Positions 1 through 8,667 are shown, numbered from the stretch's first letter. The stretch: 32,000 nt of DNA from Pandoraea vervacti (GCF_000934605.2 NZ_CP010897.2:3734815-3766814), one strand, 5' to 3'. Notes: generated by a model not told the origin, from the sequence alone. Translations and numbers: made by a program.

Positions 1-491
1 CCGCCCTTGACCGGGCGAAACAACCACCGCAAGTAGCCCTTGCGCGCGGCAAGTTGCATGAGGGCTTCGCGCTCGGGCGCGGCGTCGATCAGGTGCTGAT
101 CCGCAGGGCCATCGTCGCCATAGTCCCCGTAGTCCCCGAATGCCTGACGACAGGCGAGCGCTTCGGCGGCGGACGCACCGATCACGGTACAAGCACGCCG
201 CTCGATGCGCTCGACCTCCCACGCGCCGAGTCGCCATGCGGCGTCGAGGAGTGCCGCATCGACGGTCTCGAAGCGATGCCAGGGTTCCGCCAACTGGAGT
301 GCGGAGCCCGGCACCGGTCGTGCGGGAATCTCGACGCCGGGCAGCGTAAGCGGCGTCGCTCGTCGGAATCCGTGCCAGTGGAGGATGGCGACAAGCGGGG
401 TATTGACCCGCGCCACGGCGGTGACGGTGACCGCATAAAGCGGCAGTCTCACGGTATTAATCTGCTCGTGCAGGGTATCGAAAAAATTCAT
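1..491 (-). CDS. hypothetical protein, N-terminal ~163 codons (gene runs off the left edge)
   Basis: ATG at 491-489 (minus) lies 4 nt downstream of AGGAGG (501-496). The frame stays open to position 1 with GC-rich third positions (MNFFDTLHEQINTVRLPLYAVTVTAVARVNTPLVAILHWHGF...). It is absent from the supplied track because no stop lies in the window. The listed + ORF 54..545 is its antisense shadow. No family recognised. Confidence 0.65.
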   Translation of the reverse strand, partial: MNFFDTLHEQINTVRLPLYAVTVTAVARVNTPLVAILHWHGFRRATPLTLPGVEIPARPVPGSALQLAEPWHRFETVDAALLDAAWRLGAWEVERIERRACTVIGASAAEALACRQAFGDYGDYGDDGPADQHLIDAAPEREALMQLAARKGYLRWLFRPVKG

Positions 492-524
492 GAAGCCTCC
501 TTGCAACAACCTACATTGCTACCT

Positions 525-552
525 CTTGAAATTTTCGCGCGCTGACCTATTT
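525..552 (+). promoter_or_regulatory. sigma-32 (heat-shock) type promoter candidate for the hsp20 pair
   Basis: CTTGAAA (525-531) - N13 - ACCTATTT (545-552), compared with the sigma-32 consensus CTTGAAA-N13/14-CCCCATNT. It lies ~135 nt upstream of the first hsp20 start. Confidence 0.4.
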
Positions 553-655
553 TAGTTCTCGCTCAGGCAGTCGCGGTTCACGCGCTGCGTGTTTCGATTT
601 GTCAGTCTGCGGTCTGTTGCGGACAGGTGAACTGGAGCGCGTAGTCCGGTTCGCC

Positions 656-679
656 CTCCGTACAGGCCCCTGTAAGGAG
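656..679 (+). promoter_or_regulatory. SD-sequestering hairpin (candidate RNA thermometer) in the hsp20 leader
   Basis: CTCCGTACAG (656-665) pairs with CTGTAAGGAG (670-679). That gives 9 of 10 positions paired, one G.A mismatch opposite the SD, and a GCCC loop. The 3' arm contains the whole AAGGAG Shine-Dalgarno (674-679), 6 nt before ATG 686. Confidence 0.35.
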
Positions 680-685
680 CCAGCC

Positions 686-1126
686 ATGAGTGATCTCTTT
701 TTCGGCACCGATCTGCTGGGCGAACTCAACCGCCTGCAACGGCAGATGGACAGTCTTTTCACGGGTTTTCCCGCCAGCCTGCGCGCGACGCGCACCGGCC
801 TGTTCCCACCCGTCAACATCGGCAGCACCGACGACTCGATCGAGATCGTCGCGTTTGCGCCGGGCCTCGATCCCGAGCGCCTCGACGTATCGATCGACAA
901 GGGGCTGCTCACCATCAGCGGCGAACGCAAAACGCCGGCACGCGAGACGTCCGACGACGTGAAAGTATATGCCGCAGAACGTTTCACGGGAGCGTTCCGG
1001 CGCGTGATCGAGTTGCCGCCACACGCGGATCCGGACAACGTGAAAGCCCGATACGTGAACGGGTGCCTGAAGATCAGCATCGGGCGCTCGGAGGCGTCGA
1101 AGCCTCGCGCGATTGCGGTGCAGTAA
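686..1126 (+). CDS. Hsp20/alpha-crystallin family small heat-shock protein
   Basis: ATG 686 behind AAGGAG. The protein has the alpha-crystallin domain pattern (PPVNIGSTDDSIEIVAFAPGLDPERLDVSIDKGLLTISGER...FRRVIELPPHADPDNVKARYVNGCLKISI). The track ORF 599..1126 was trimmed to the RBS-supported start. Confidence 0.93.
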   Translation: MSDLFFGTDLLGELNRLQRQMDSLFTGFPASLRATRTGLFPPVNIGSTDDSIEIVAFAPGLDPERLDVSIDKGLLTISGERKTPARETSDDVKVYAAERFTGAFRRVIELPPHADPDNVKARYVNGCLKISIGRSEASKPRAIAVQ

Positions 1127-1188
1127 ACCCATCGCAGGTATCGAGGCTAACGGGCATGACGCCCGCCCAATGAATCACGGAGGACATC

Positions 1189-1608
1189 ATGAACAGCAAC
1201 ACCGAACTGAGCGTGCCGACAAAAGACACCGGCACAGCGACCGCCAAGCACGATAGCGGGCAGGCCAGCGAATCGCGCACTCGTCTCGCGCCCGCGGTCG
1301 ACATCTTCGAGGACGGCCACGGCATCACCCTGTATGCGGACTTGCCGGGCGTGGCGCGCGAGACGCTGGACGTGCGGGTACAGGACGGGAATCTGAGCAT
1401 CGAGGCGCAGGCGGTCGTGCCCGCGCCATCGGGTCTGCGACTCCACCACGGGGAAATTCGCAACCCCCACTTCGCGCGCGCGTTCACGCTGAGCTCGGAT
1501 TTCGACGTGTCGCGCATCGACGCCCAATTGCGTGACGGCGTACTGAAGTTGACGATTCCGCGTCGCGACGAGGCAAGGCCTCGACGGATCGAAATTACCG
1601 CAGGCTAA
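1189..1608 (+). CDS. Hsp20/alpha-crystallin family small heat-shock protein (second copy)
   Basis: ATG 1189 behind GGAGGA (1178-1183). Alpha-crystallin core: PAVDIFEDGHGITLYADLPGVARETLDVRVQDGNLSIEA...FARAFTLSSDFDVSRIDAQLRDGVLKLTIPRR. Confidence 0.93.
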   Translation: MNSNTELSVPTKDTGTATAKHDSGQASESRTRLAPAVDIFEDGHGITLYADLPGVARETLDVRVQDGNLSIEAQAVVPAPSGLRLHHGEIRNPHFARAFTLSSDFDVSRIDAQLRDGVLKLTIPRRDEARPRRIEITAG

Positions 1609-1692
1609 GGGGCCTCGGGAGAGAGCGAACGGGCGCTGAGCCGCCGACCGCGTCTGGCCGCCCGCTCGCTTGGAATCGCAATTTGCCTGACG

Positions 1693-1723
1693 GTGTGGTC
1701 GGAGGCCACACGCTTGATTTTTT
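1693..1723 (+). terminator. candidate intrinsic terminator after the hsp20 pair
   Basis: GTGTGGTC-GGA-GGCCACAC stem (7/8 bp) followed by GCTTGATTTTTTG, with the T-run at 1718-1723. Confidence 0.4.
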
Positions 1724-1766
1724 GTACCGAGCCCCCGGTGATGGCTTGTTTTTACTGGGTTAGACG

Positions 1767-1964
1767 ATGCTAAGTCCACACGAATTTGCCACCTTGATGC
1801 TGGTTCGGCATGCGCCCGAACAGATCGACATGAACCGCGCAGAGCTTGACGCGTTGCTCGAACGACAACTGGTGATGCTCGAGCAATCTGCCGAGGGTCG
1901 GCGCCACCCGCAGTTGACCGACAGGGGACGATCTTTGCTGAAGGCGCTAAGTGCCGGAAGTTGA
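1767..1964 (+). CDS. small hypothetical protein (65 aa, helical, possibly winged-helix-like)
   Basis: Intact ATG-to-TGA ORF in an otherwise unassigned gap, MLSPHEFATLMLVRHAPEQIDMNRAELDALLERQLVMLEQ...TDRGRSLLKAL. The RBS is weak and third-position GC is lower than in the neighbours. Coding status is not proven. Confidence 0.4.
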   Translation: MLSPHEFATLMLVRHAPEQIDMNRAELDALLERQLVMLEQSAEGRRHPQLTDRGRSLLKALSAGS

Positions 1965-2062
1965 CCGAAGAGGCGGTCAGCGTCCATCGGTGGACGCCGA
2001 CCGCCCGCCTCAACGCAGCACAAGCAGCAATGCCGCCCGCCGTTCGCCACCACAAATCGTCA

Positions 2063-2995
2063 TCATTCATCGTCCGCAGAATCGTCACCGACATTGCGTC
2101 TGGCGCTCATGAAATCGACAAAGGCTCTTGCCTGCGGAGAAAGCGAGTCATACCGTTTGAACACCAGCATCAGATGGCGGGCCGCCCAGTCATCCGACAA
2201 TGGAATGATCCTCAACTGCAAGCGAGACCGATATACCTCGGCGACTTTCGTCGGCATGATGCATATGCCCGCCTTGGCTGCCACCAGGCTACAAGCCGAA
2301 TCGAAGCTGGAAACGCGAATACGGTACGTCAGCGAGCGGCCGAGCTCGGCCGCCTTCATGGCAAGAATTTGTTCCAGCGCGCTCCCTTCCGAGAATCCGA
2401 TGTGCACGTGCTCGAGTGTCTCGCTAAAGCGGATCGCCTCACGGTTCGCCAACGGGTGCCCGGCTCCTGCGACCAGGGCGAATACTTCCTGACGATAAGG
2501 CACCGTCGACAGTTTGCATCCTTCATGAACGACGTGCGTAATGCCAACATCCGCAACGTCGTCCGCAATACCCCGAAGGATCCCCGCGCTCAATCGCTCC
2601 TCGAAACTGACGACGACGTCGGGGTACGCCTGCTCCAGCGCCACAAGATCGCGAGGCACGAATTGGACCATGGACGAGAGGTTGGCGAGCACACGAACAG
2701 TGCCGTAGACGCCGGAGTCAACGTGCGCGATTTCCGCAATCATGCGCTGAAGATCCACATCGATCTTCAGGGCGTAAGCCAGCACGACCTCGCCCGCGCG
2801 GGTGAGTCGCGTCCCGGAAGCGTCGCGAAACATCAGCTTGGTACCCAGCGCACTCTCCAGCTCCGAGATGCGCCGACTGATGGCGGACGGCGCGATATGC
2901 TCGGCCGTCGCCGCCCTTACGACCCCGCCTTCCGCCTGAACCGCCCTGAACAGTCGAAGCGAGGTCAAATCAAGTTGTTTGATCGTTTGTGGCAT
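2063..2995 (-). CDS. LysR family transcriptional regulator
   Basis: N-terminal HTH (MPQTIKQLDLTSLRLFRAVQAEGGVVRAATAEHIAPSAISRRISELESALGTKLMFR) plus a LysR substrate-binding domain. The start was taken at ATG 2995 (M30 of track ORF 2063..3082). The gene is divergent from the hydrolase gene. Confidence 0.9.
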   Translation of the reverse strand: MPQTIKQLDLTSLRLFRAVQAEGGVVRAATAEHIAPSAISRRISELESALGTKLMFRDASGTRLTRAGEVVLAYALKIDVDLQRMIAEIAHVDSGVYGTVRVLANLSSMVQFVPRDLVALEQAYPDVVVSFEERLSAGILRGIADDVADVGITHVVHEGCKLSTVPYRQEVFALVAGAGHPLANREAIRFSETLEHVHIGFSEGSALEQILAMKAAELGRSLTYRIRVSSFDSACSLVAAKAGICIMPTKVAEVYRSRLQLRIIPLSDDWAARHLMLVFKRYDSLSPQARAFVDFMSARRNVGDDSADDE

Positions 2996-3170
2996 GGCAA
3001 CTTTCTCGAAACGCATCCCGGCGACGGCGCACGAACCGAAGGGTGTTCTCGATCCGGCAAGAGAGGCGTCGACATTTGGCAATGGCCCGTGCAGTGACGT
3101 ACCGCGATACTAATCCTAAGTCTGCTCCCCGAAAAATTCCGGGGAAAACATGGACAATACAGGAGACAAA

Positions 3171-4109
3171 ATGCTGCCAAGCGTCAGCCACGCTCTTGAC
3201 TCGTTTCATGTCGGGTCGAGCGCTCACCCCATGTATGTCGAGCGTTGGGCACCCATGTCCGGCGCGTCGGAACGCCCGCCTGTCGTCCTGATTCACGGCG
3301 GGGGTCACACCGGCTCGTGCTATCGCCATACGCCGGATGGCCGTCCGGGCTGGGCCTCCCTTTTTGTTCAAAGTGGATATACGGCCTATGTCGTAGACTG
3401 GCCGGGCCATGGCCGATCGCCTTCGCTTCCCGACTTTGCGACCCTGTCGATGGATGCCGTCGTCACCGCGCTCGTCGACTTGCTGGATCAGATCGGGCCG
3501 GCGATCCTGGTTGCCCACAGCGCCGGCGGGACCGTGGCGTGGACGGTGGCCGACAGACGGCCCGACAGCGTTTGCGCGATCCTGGGCATTGCGCCCGGAC
3601 CGCCCGGCAATCTGCTTCCTGTGCTGCCATCCGATCCCCTCGAATTCGAAGCACTCGCCGCCCGCGGAGATCTGGGCCACCCTGTTTATCACCCGGAAAC
3701 GGCGCCGGTGTATTTCTCAAGCGAATTCATTCGGCGCTACTGGGCCAATAGCAAGCACTTTCCCCTCGAAGCGATTGACGCCTACGAGAAAACCATCGTG
3801 CCCGAAAGCCCGCGAATTCTGAACGAACGATTCAACATTGGAGGTTGCTCGCCACGCGTTGGCTCGCCGGAGCGAATCCGGCGTATCAGAAGCCTTGTGG
3901 TTACGGGCAGCGACGATCCAAGACATCCCAGAAGCATTGACGCAGCCGTGGCCCAATTTGTTGGCGCCACCCATTTGTGGCTCCCGGATATCGGCATCGA
4001 AGGGAATGGGCATGGCCTGATGATCGAACGTAACAGCAGCGAAATCTTCGACGTGCTGCGCCAATGGCTGGCGGCTGACGAAAATCGCCCCGTTCAGAAG
4101 CACGCTTAA
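3171..4109 (+). CDS. alpha/beta hydrolase fold protein
   Basis: HGGGHTG oxyanion region, nucleophile elbow AHSAGG, and C-terminal GSDDPRHP / GNGHGLM acid-His region. ATG 3171 sits 5 nt after AGGAG (3161-3165). ATG 3150 is the in-frame alternative. Confidence 0.87.
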   Translation: MLPSVSHALDSFHVGSSAHPMYVERWAPMSGASERPPVVLIHGGGHTGSCYRHTPDGRPGWASLFVQSGYTAYVVDWPGHGRSPSLPDFATLSMDAVVTALVDLLDQIGPAILVAHSAGGTVAWTVADRRPDSVCAILGIAPGPPGNLLPVLPSDPLEFEALAARGDLGHPVYHPETAPVYFSSEFIRRYWANSKHFPLEAIDAYEKTIVPESPRILNERFNIGGCSPRVGSPERIRRIRSLVVTGSDDPRHPRSIDAAVAQFVGATHLWLPDIGIEGNGHGLMIERNSSEIFDVLRQWLAADENRPVQKHA

Positions 4110-4582
4110 CGCAACGATACGGATTCTCGCAAATCGCGCCGCCATCCTTCCTGGCCTGGTCGACCGAGGTCGGGGGACAGGCCGTCCACCGCGGCCGCCC
4201 CCTGTTGAAATCCGCACAGCCGGTCAGCAGATTGTTCATTTTTGACGATGCCGACCGGCGCGCAACGACGCCGGCGCGCTCGCGCAATGACTCGCCAGTC
4301 AAAAAAATACCATTAAAAAATAATGACTTGCGCCACATCCCGGATGTGCATATGCAAACCATTTTTGCTTCGTAGTAGCCGCGCGGCGACGAGGTTTTAA
4401 TACTCCCTGGAAATTGCGACTCAGGAAGTCACGCAACGAACCGGGACCCAACCGAGTCACGTCGGGCATTGGCGCCCGGCACCCGATGACAAGTGACTCC
4501 ACAGCCGCCTCAGGCTGAAAAAACGAGCGCTACCCACGCGACGTATCTCCTTGCCCACGCTACCCTGTTTTCGGAGTCATAC

Positions 4583-5398
4583 ATGAAGCTTTCGCTCGTC
4601 CTGCGCACCGCTCTTGCCCCGCTGGCTGCCCTCGTGATGCTCAACGCCGGCGCCGCCGACAAACTGCGCATCGGTGTCGTACCCGGCGCTTACGGCGACT
4701 CCGTTGCCGTCGCCGCCAAGGAGGCCAAGCGTCAGGGCATCGACGTGGATGTCGTTGAATTCACCGACTGGACGACCCCGAACATTGCCCTGAATTCGGG
4801 CGATCTGGACATCAATTACTTCCAGCATCAGCCTTTTCTGAACAACGCGATCCAGAAGAACGGCTTCACGCTCGCCAGTGCGGGCACCGGTGTGCTCGCC
4901 AACGTGGGTCTGTATTCCCTCAAGCACAAGACCATTGCCGAAGTGCCGGAGCGCGGCACCGTCGGCATCGCCAACGATCCGGTCAATCAGGGACGCGGGC
5001 TGCTTCTGCTGCAAAAGGTCGGCCTCATCAAGCTCAAGAGCGGTGTCGGTTTCCTCGGCACGCTCAACGATATTGTCGACAACCCGAAGAAGCTGCGTTT
5101 CGTCGAAGTCGAAGGCCCTCAGCTCGTGCGCATCACGGGCGACGTGGACCTCGCACAGGGCTATCCGCACTTCATCGTGGCCGCCAAGGCGTTCGATCCC
5201 TCCAGCGGACTGGCCTACTCGGGCATCGAAGACGCGCAGTTCTCGATCCAGTTCGTCGTGAAGGCGAACCGCGTCAAGGACCCCGTGATCCAGAAGTTCA
5301 TCCGCATCTATCAGAACTCGGACGCCGTGAAGACGACCGTGAATCAGGCGTTCAACAACGACAAGCGGCTGTACTCGCTGTCGTGGGTCAAACAATGA
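4583..5398 (+). CDS. metQ: MetQ/NlpA family ABC transporter substrate-binding protein (methionine-type)
   Basis: ATG 4583 behind GGAG. Signal peptide [24 protein letters not shown]|AD with no lipobox Cys. The body has the MetQ/NlpA pattern ([13 protein letters not shown]...[13 protein letters not shown]...). 271 aa, like MetQ. Confidence 0.9.
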   Translation: MKLSLVLRTALAPLAALVMLNAGAADKLRIGVVPGAYGDSVAVAAKEAKRQGIDVDVVEFTDWTTPNIALNSGDLDINYFQHQPFLNNAIQKNGFTLASAGTGVLANVGLYSLKHKTIAEVPERGTVGIANDPVNQGRGLLLLQKVGLIKLKSGVGFLGTLNDIVDNPKKLRFVEVEGPQLVRITGDVDLAQGYPHFIVAAKAFDPSSGLAYSGIEDAQFSIQFVVKANRVKDPVIQKFIRIYQNSDAVKTTVNQAFNNDKRLYSLSWVKQ

Positions 5399-5426
5399 CG
5401 CGCGTCCCCGCGAAAGGAGCTGGCCC

Positions 5427-6689
5427 ATGCGCGTAACGGCCACCGCAAGACAAACGCTGACCGAACCCGCCGGGACGCCCGGCGTTCGCGCGGCACTCGG
5501 CCGCCCGCCACATCCTGTGGCAGCGCCCGCCCCGCACGATGCAGCACCCGCTGCACATCCCAAGGGCACCGTGGCGTTTCGCAACGTGACGAAGACCTAC
5601 GTGTCGAGCGCCGGCCCCGTGACGGCGCTCGACGCCATCGATCTCGACATCCGTCCCGGCGGCATCTTCGGCATCATCGGGCGCAGCGGTGCCGGCAAAT
5701 CGAGCCTGCTGCGCACCATCAATCGACTGGAGCGGCCAACCAGCGGACAGGTGCTGGTCGACGGTGTCGACATCGCCACGCTCAACGACGCGCAACTCGT
5801 GCAACTGCGCCGGCGCATCGGCATGATCTTCCAGCACTTCAACCTGCTCTCGGCCAAGACCGTGTACGACAACGTGGCGTTACCGCTACGCGTCGCCGGC
5901 GTGCCGAAAGCCCAGGTCGATGCGCGCGTACGCGAGCTGCTCGCGCTCGTGGGCCTCTCGGACAAGGCCGGCACGTATCCCGGACGCCTCTCGGGGGGAC
6001 AGAAGCAGCGCGTGGGCATCGCCCGGGCGCTTGCCACCGGCCCGGAGATATTGCTGTGCGACGAGGCGACGTCGGCCCTCGACCCGGAAACGACGCACGC
6101 GATCCTGCGGCTGCTCCGCGACATCAATCGCAAGCTGGGCATCACCATCGTGCTCATCACGCACGAGATGCGCGTGATTCGCGAGATTGCCGATCAGGTG
6201 CTGGTACTGGAGCAAGGGCGCATCGCCGAACTCGACGACGTCTGGCGCGTGTTCGGTGCGCCCCGGCACGACGCCACCCGCGCCCTGCTGGCGCCGTTGC
6301 AATACGACATGCCCGACGATCTCCAGCAAGCGCTGCTGCCCGAGCGCCCTGCAACGCCCTGCGCGCAAATCCTTCAACTGACGTATCGCGGCACCGACGG
6401 ACTGGCGCCCGACTTTCCGCGCATTGCGCAGGCGCTGGGAGGAAGCGTCCGGTTGCTGCATGGCGGCGTGGATCGCATTCAGGGCCACTCGCAAGGGCAA
6501 TTGCTGATCTCGCTCAGACCCGCGCAAGACGGACATGGCGGACATGTCGCACAGGCCGCACCGGGCACGCAAGGCGCTTCGGACGACGGCCCGCAACCGG
6601 ATTGGCAAACTCTCACGCGCGGGCCGAATGCCATCGCGCATGACATCGAGGTACTGGGATATGTCTCTGACACTGTCCATCTCCATTGA
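5427..6689 (+). CDS. metN: methionine-type ABC transporter ATP-binding protein with C-terminal NIL domain
   Basis: Walker [10 protein letters not shown], signature LSGGQKQR, Walker [13 protein letters not shown], and a C-terminal NIL-type end IEVLGYV. RBS AAAGGAG lies upstream. There is a ~45-aa Pro/Ala-rich N-terminal extension if ATG 5427 is used. Confidence 0.9.
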   Translation: MRVTATARQTLTEPAGTPGVRAALGRPPHPVAAPAPHDAAPAAHPKGTVAFRNVTKTYVSSAGPVTALDAIDLDIRPGGIFGIIGRSGAGKSSLLRTINRLERPTSGQVLVDGVDIATLNDAQLVQLRRRIGMIFQHFNLLSAKTVYDNVALPLRVAGVPKAQVDARVRELLALVGLSDKAGTYPGRLSGGQKQRVGIARALATGPEILLCDEATSALDPETTHAILRLLRDINRKLGITIVLITHEMRVIREIADQVLVLEQGRIAELDDVWRVFGAPRHDATRALLAPLQYDMPDDLQQALLPERPATPCAQILQLTYRGTDGLAPDFPRIAQALGGSVRLLHGGVDRIQGHSQGQLLISLRPAQDGHGGHVAQAAPGTQGASDDGPQPDWQTLTRGPNAIAHDIEVLGYVSDTVHLH

Positions 6690-7323
6690 TCGCTACTGGA
6701 ATGCGTTCGTCGACACGCTGATGATGGTGGGCGTGTCCGGCGCCATTGCCTTTGTCGCCGGCATTCCGCTGGCCGTGCTGCTCATCATCACGGCGCCCGA
6801 CGGCTTCCTCGCATGGCCGCGCGGCAATCGCGTGGTCGGCAGCATGATCAACGGGTTTCGCGCGACGCCGTTCATCGTGCTGCTCGTGGCGCTGATTCCC
6901 GTCACGCGCATCGTTGCCGGCACGACCATCGGCGTGTGGGCCGCCATCGTGCCGCTTGCCGTCAGTGCAACCCCCTTCTTCGCCCGCATCGTCGAAGTCA
7001 GCCTGCGCGAGGTCGACCCCGGCCTGATCGAAGCGGCGCAGGCCATGGGGTGCGAGAAGTGGGACATCGTGCGCCACGTCTATCTGCCCGAAGCGCTGCC
7101 GGGCGTGATTGGCGGCTTCACCATTACGCTCGTGGCGCTCATCAGCGCGTCGGCCATGGCAGGCGCCGTCGGCGCCGGCGGGCTGGGCGACCTGGCGATC
7201 CGCTACGGCTATCAACGGTTCGATACACAGGTCATGGTGATCGTGATCGCCGTGCTGATCCTGCTCGTCACGCTGGTGCAGACAGCGGGCGACCGCTACG
7301 CGCGCTGGTTGCGCAGCCGCTGA
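6661..7323 (+). CDS. metI: methionine-type ABC transporter permease
   Basis: 220 aa from ATG 6661 (GAGG 8 nt upstream), overlapping the metN end by 29 nt. Strong resemblance to MetI ([31 protein letters not shown]...EAAQAMG...LPEALPG...[20 protein letters not shown]). Confidence 0.9.
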   Translation: MSLTLSISIDRYWNAFVDTLMMVGVSGAIAFVAGIPLAVLLIITAPDGFLAWPRGNRVVGSMINGFRATPFIVLLVALIPVTRIVAGTTIGVWAAIVPLAVSATPFFARIVEVSLREVDPGLIEAAQAMGCEKWDIVRHVYLPEALPGVIGGFTITLVALISASAMAGAVGAGGLGDLAIRYGYQRFDTQVMVIVIAVLILLVTLVQTAGDRYARWLRSR

Positions 7324-7360
7324 ACGCGGCACGCGAAGCCGTCGCACATCGAGAAAACCC

Positions 7361-8638
7361 ATGAATCATCCCGAAACCACCGTCTCGACGCCCACCGCTC
7401 CCACGCCCCACCCGCGTGCGCTCACGCGCGTGCCGTTGCCGCCGCGCCCGCCACATCGCGTCGCGAGCGAGGCCGAGGCGCTGACGATCGCGCAAACGCT
7501 GGCCGACACTTTCCGCGCCAGCGCCGCCGAGCGCGACCGCGCACGTCGCCTGCCGTGGGACGAGATCGAGCAATACACGGCAAGCGGCCTGTGGGCCATC
7601 ACCATTCCCCGGCAGTACGGCGGCCTCGGTGCGTCATACGTCACGCTGGCCCAACTGTTCGTCACGATCTGCGCGGCCGACCCGTCGCTCGGACAAATTC
7701 CGCAAAATCACTTCGCCGTGTTGCAGAACCTCTCGGACATGGGCGACGAAGGGCAACGGCAACGCTGGTTCGCCGACGTTCTTGGCGGGCAGCGAATCGG
7801 CAACGCCGGTCCCGAACGTAAAGCGAAAGCCGCCCAATTGTCCTCGCCGACCGCGCATCTCACACGCGACGCCGAGGGCCAGTTACGCGTGAGCGGCACA
7901 CGTCATTACTCGACGGGCTCCGCGTTCGCGCACTGGATTCCGTTTCGCGCAGTCGACGATCAGGGCCGCCCCGTTCAGGTGTGGGTGCGGCGCGACGCCC
8001 CGGGCGTGACCATCCTTGACGACTGGGATGCCTTCGGCCAGCGAACGACGGCCAGCGGCAGTGTGATTTTCGAGAATGTCCCCATCGGCGAGAACGATGT
8101 CGTTCCCGTCTGGCGCTTCGAGAAAGTGCCCACGCTCTCCGGCCCGGTGTCCCAGTTGATTCAGGCCGCCATCGACGCGGGGATTGCGCAGGGTGCGCTG
8201 CGCGACGCGATCGACTTCGTACGCGACAAGAGCCGTCCGTGGATCGATTCGGGCGTGAGTCAGGCGAGCGACGACCCCTACATCATTCACGAGATCGGCC
8301 AGTTGCAAATCGAGGTCGACGCCGCACACGCCGTGCTGCTCGACGCAGCGCGCCATCTGGATACGCTCGCACTCGGCCCGATCGACGACGCGATCTGCGC
8401 GAGCGCCTCGGTCGCCGTGGCGCAGGCCAAGATCCTCACGACCGAAGCGGCGCTCAACGTCAGCGAGCACCTGTTCGCGCTTGCCGGTTCGGCATCGAGT
8501 CGTGCCGGGCACCACCTCGACCGTCACTGGCGCAATGCGCGCGTTCACACGCTGCACGACCCGGTGCGCTGGAAATATCACCTGCTCGGCAACTACGTGC
8601 TCAACGGTGCGCTTCCAAAGCGTCATCAGTGGAACTGA
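7361..8638 (+). CDS. SfnB-family sulfur-acquisition oxidoreductase (acyl-CoA dehydrogenase fold)
   Basis: ACAD-like architecture with motifs typical of the SfnB/DszC group (RRLPWDEIEQYTASGLWAITIPRQYGG, GQIPQNHF, DDWDAFGQRTTASGSV, LDRHWRNARVHTLHDPVRWKYHLLGNYVLNG). Sulfur-cluster context. Confidence 0.87.
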   Translation: MNHPETTVSTPTAPTPHPRALTRVPLPPRPPHRVASEAEALTIAQTLADTFRASAAERDRARRLPWDEIEQYTASGLWAITIPRQYGGLGASYVTLAQLFVTICAADPSLGQIPQNHFAVLQNLSDMGDEGQRQRWFADVLGGQRIGNAGPERKAKAAQLSSPTAHLTRDAEGQLRVSGTRHYSTGSAFAHWIPFRAVDDQGRPVQVWVRRDAPGVTILDDWDAFGQRTTASGSVIFENVPIGENDVVPVWRFEKVPTLSGPVSQLIQAAIDAGIAQGALRDAIDFVRDKSRPWIDSGVSQASDDPYIIHEIGQLQIEVDAAHAVLLDAARHLDTLALGPIDDAICASASVAVAQAKILTTEAALNVSEHLFALAGSASSRAGHHLDRHWRNARVHTLHDPVRWKYHLLGNYVLNGALPKRHQWN

Positions 8639-8667
8639 CCGTCCGGCATCTGCCCCACATCCCCGAC

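Noticed and set aside
54-545. 163-aa + strand ORF and other short ORFs at the left edge
   Set aside because: It is antisense to a better-supported minus-strand gene (ATG 491 with an AGGAGG RBS, open to the window edge). Its Arg/Gly-rich composition is typical of high-GC shadow frames.
1961-3097. 378-aa + strand ORF
   Set aside because: It is entirely antisense to the LysR regulator gene (2063..2995), which has a clear HTH and family pattern. The + frame has an Arg-rich nonsense-like composition.
4330-4582. SAM/SAH-type riboswitch upstream of metQNI
   Set aside because: I could not match the leader to any riboswitch consensus I know (no SAM-II style pseudoknot motifs, no S-box helices). It is kept only as an unexplained structured leader.
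8239-8667. Long N-terminal extensions of track ORFs 8239..9969, 9416..11437 and 13466..15079, suggesting giant or fused proteins
   Set aside because: The extensions overlap the upstream genes in another frame and are Arg/Pro-rich junk. The family-typical N-termini begin at ATG 8668, 9986 and 13949 respectively.
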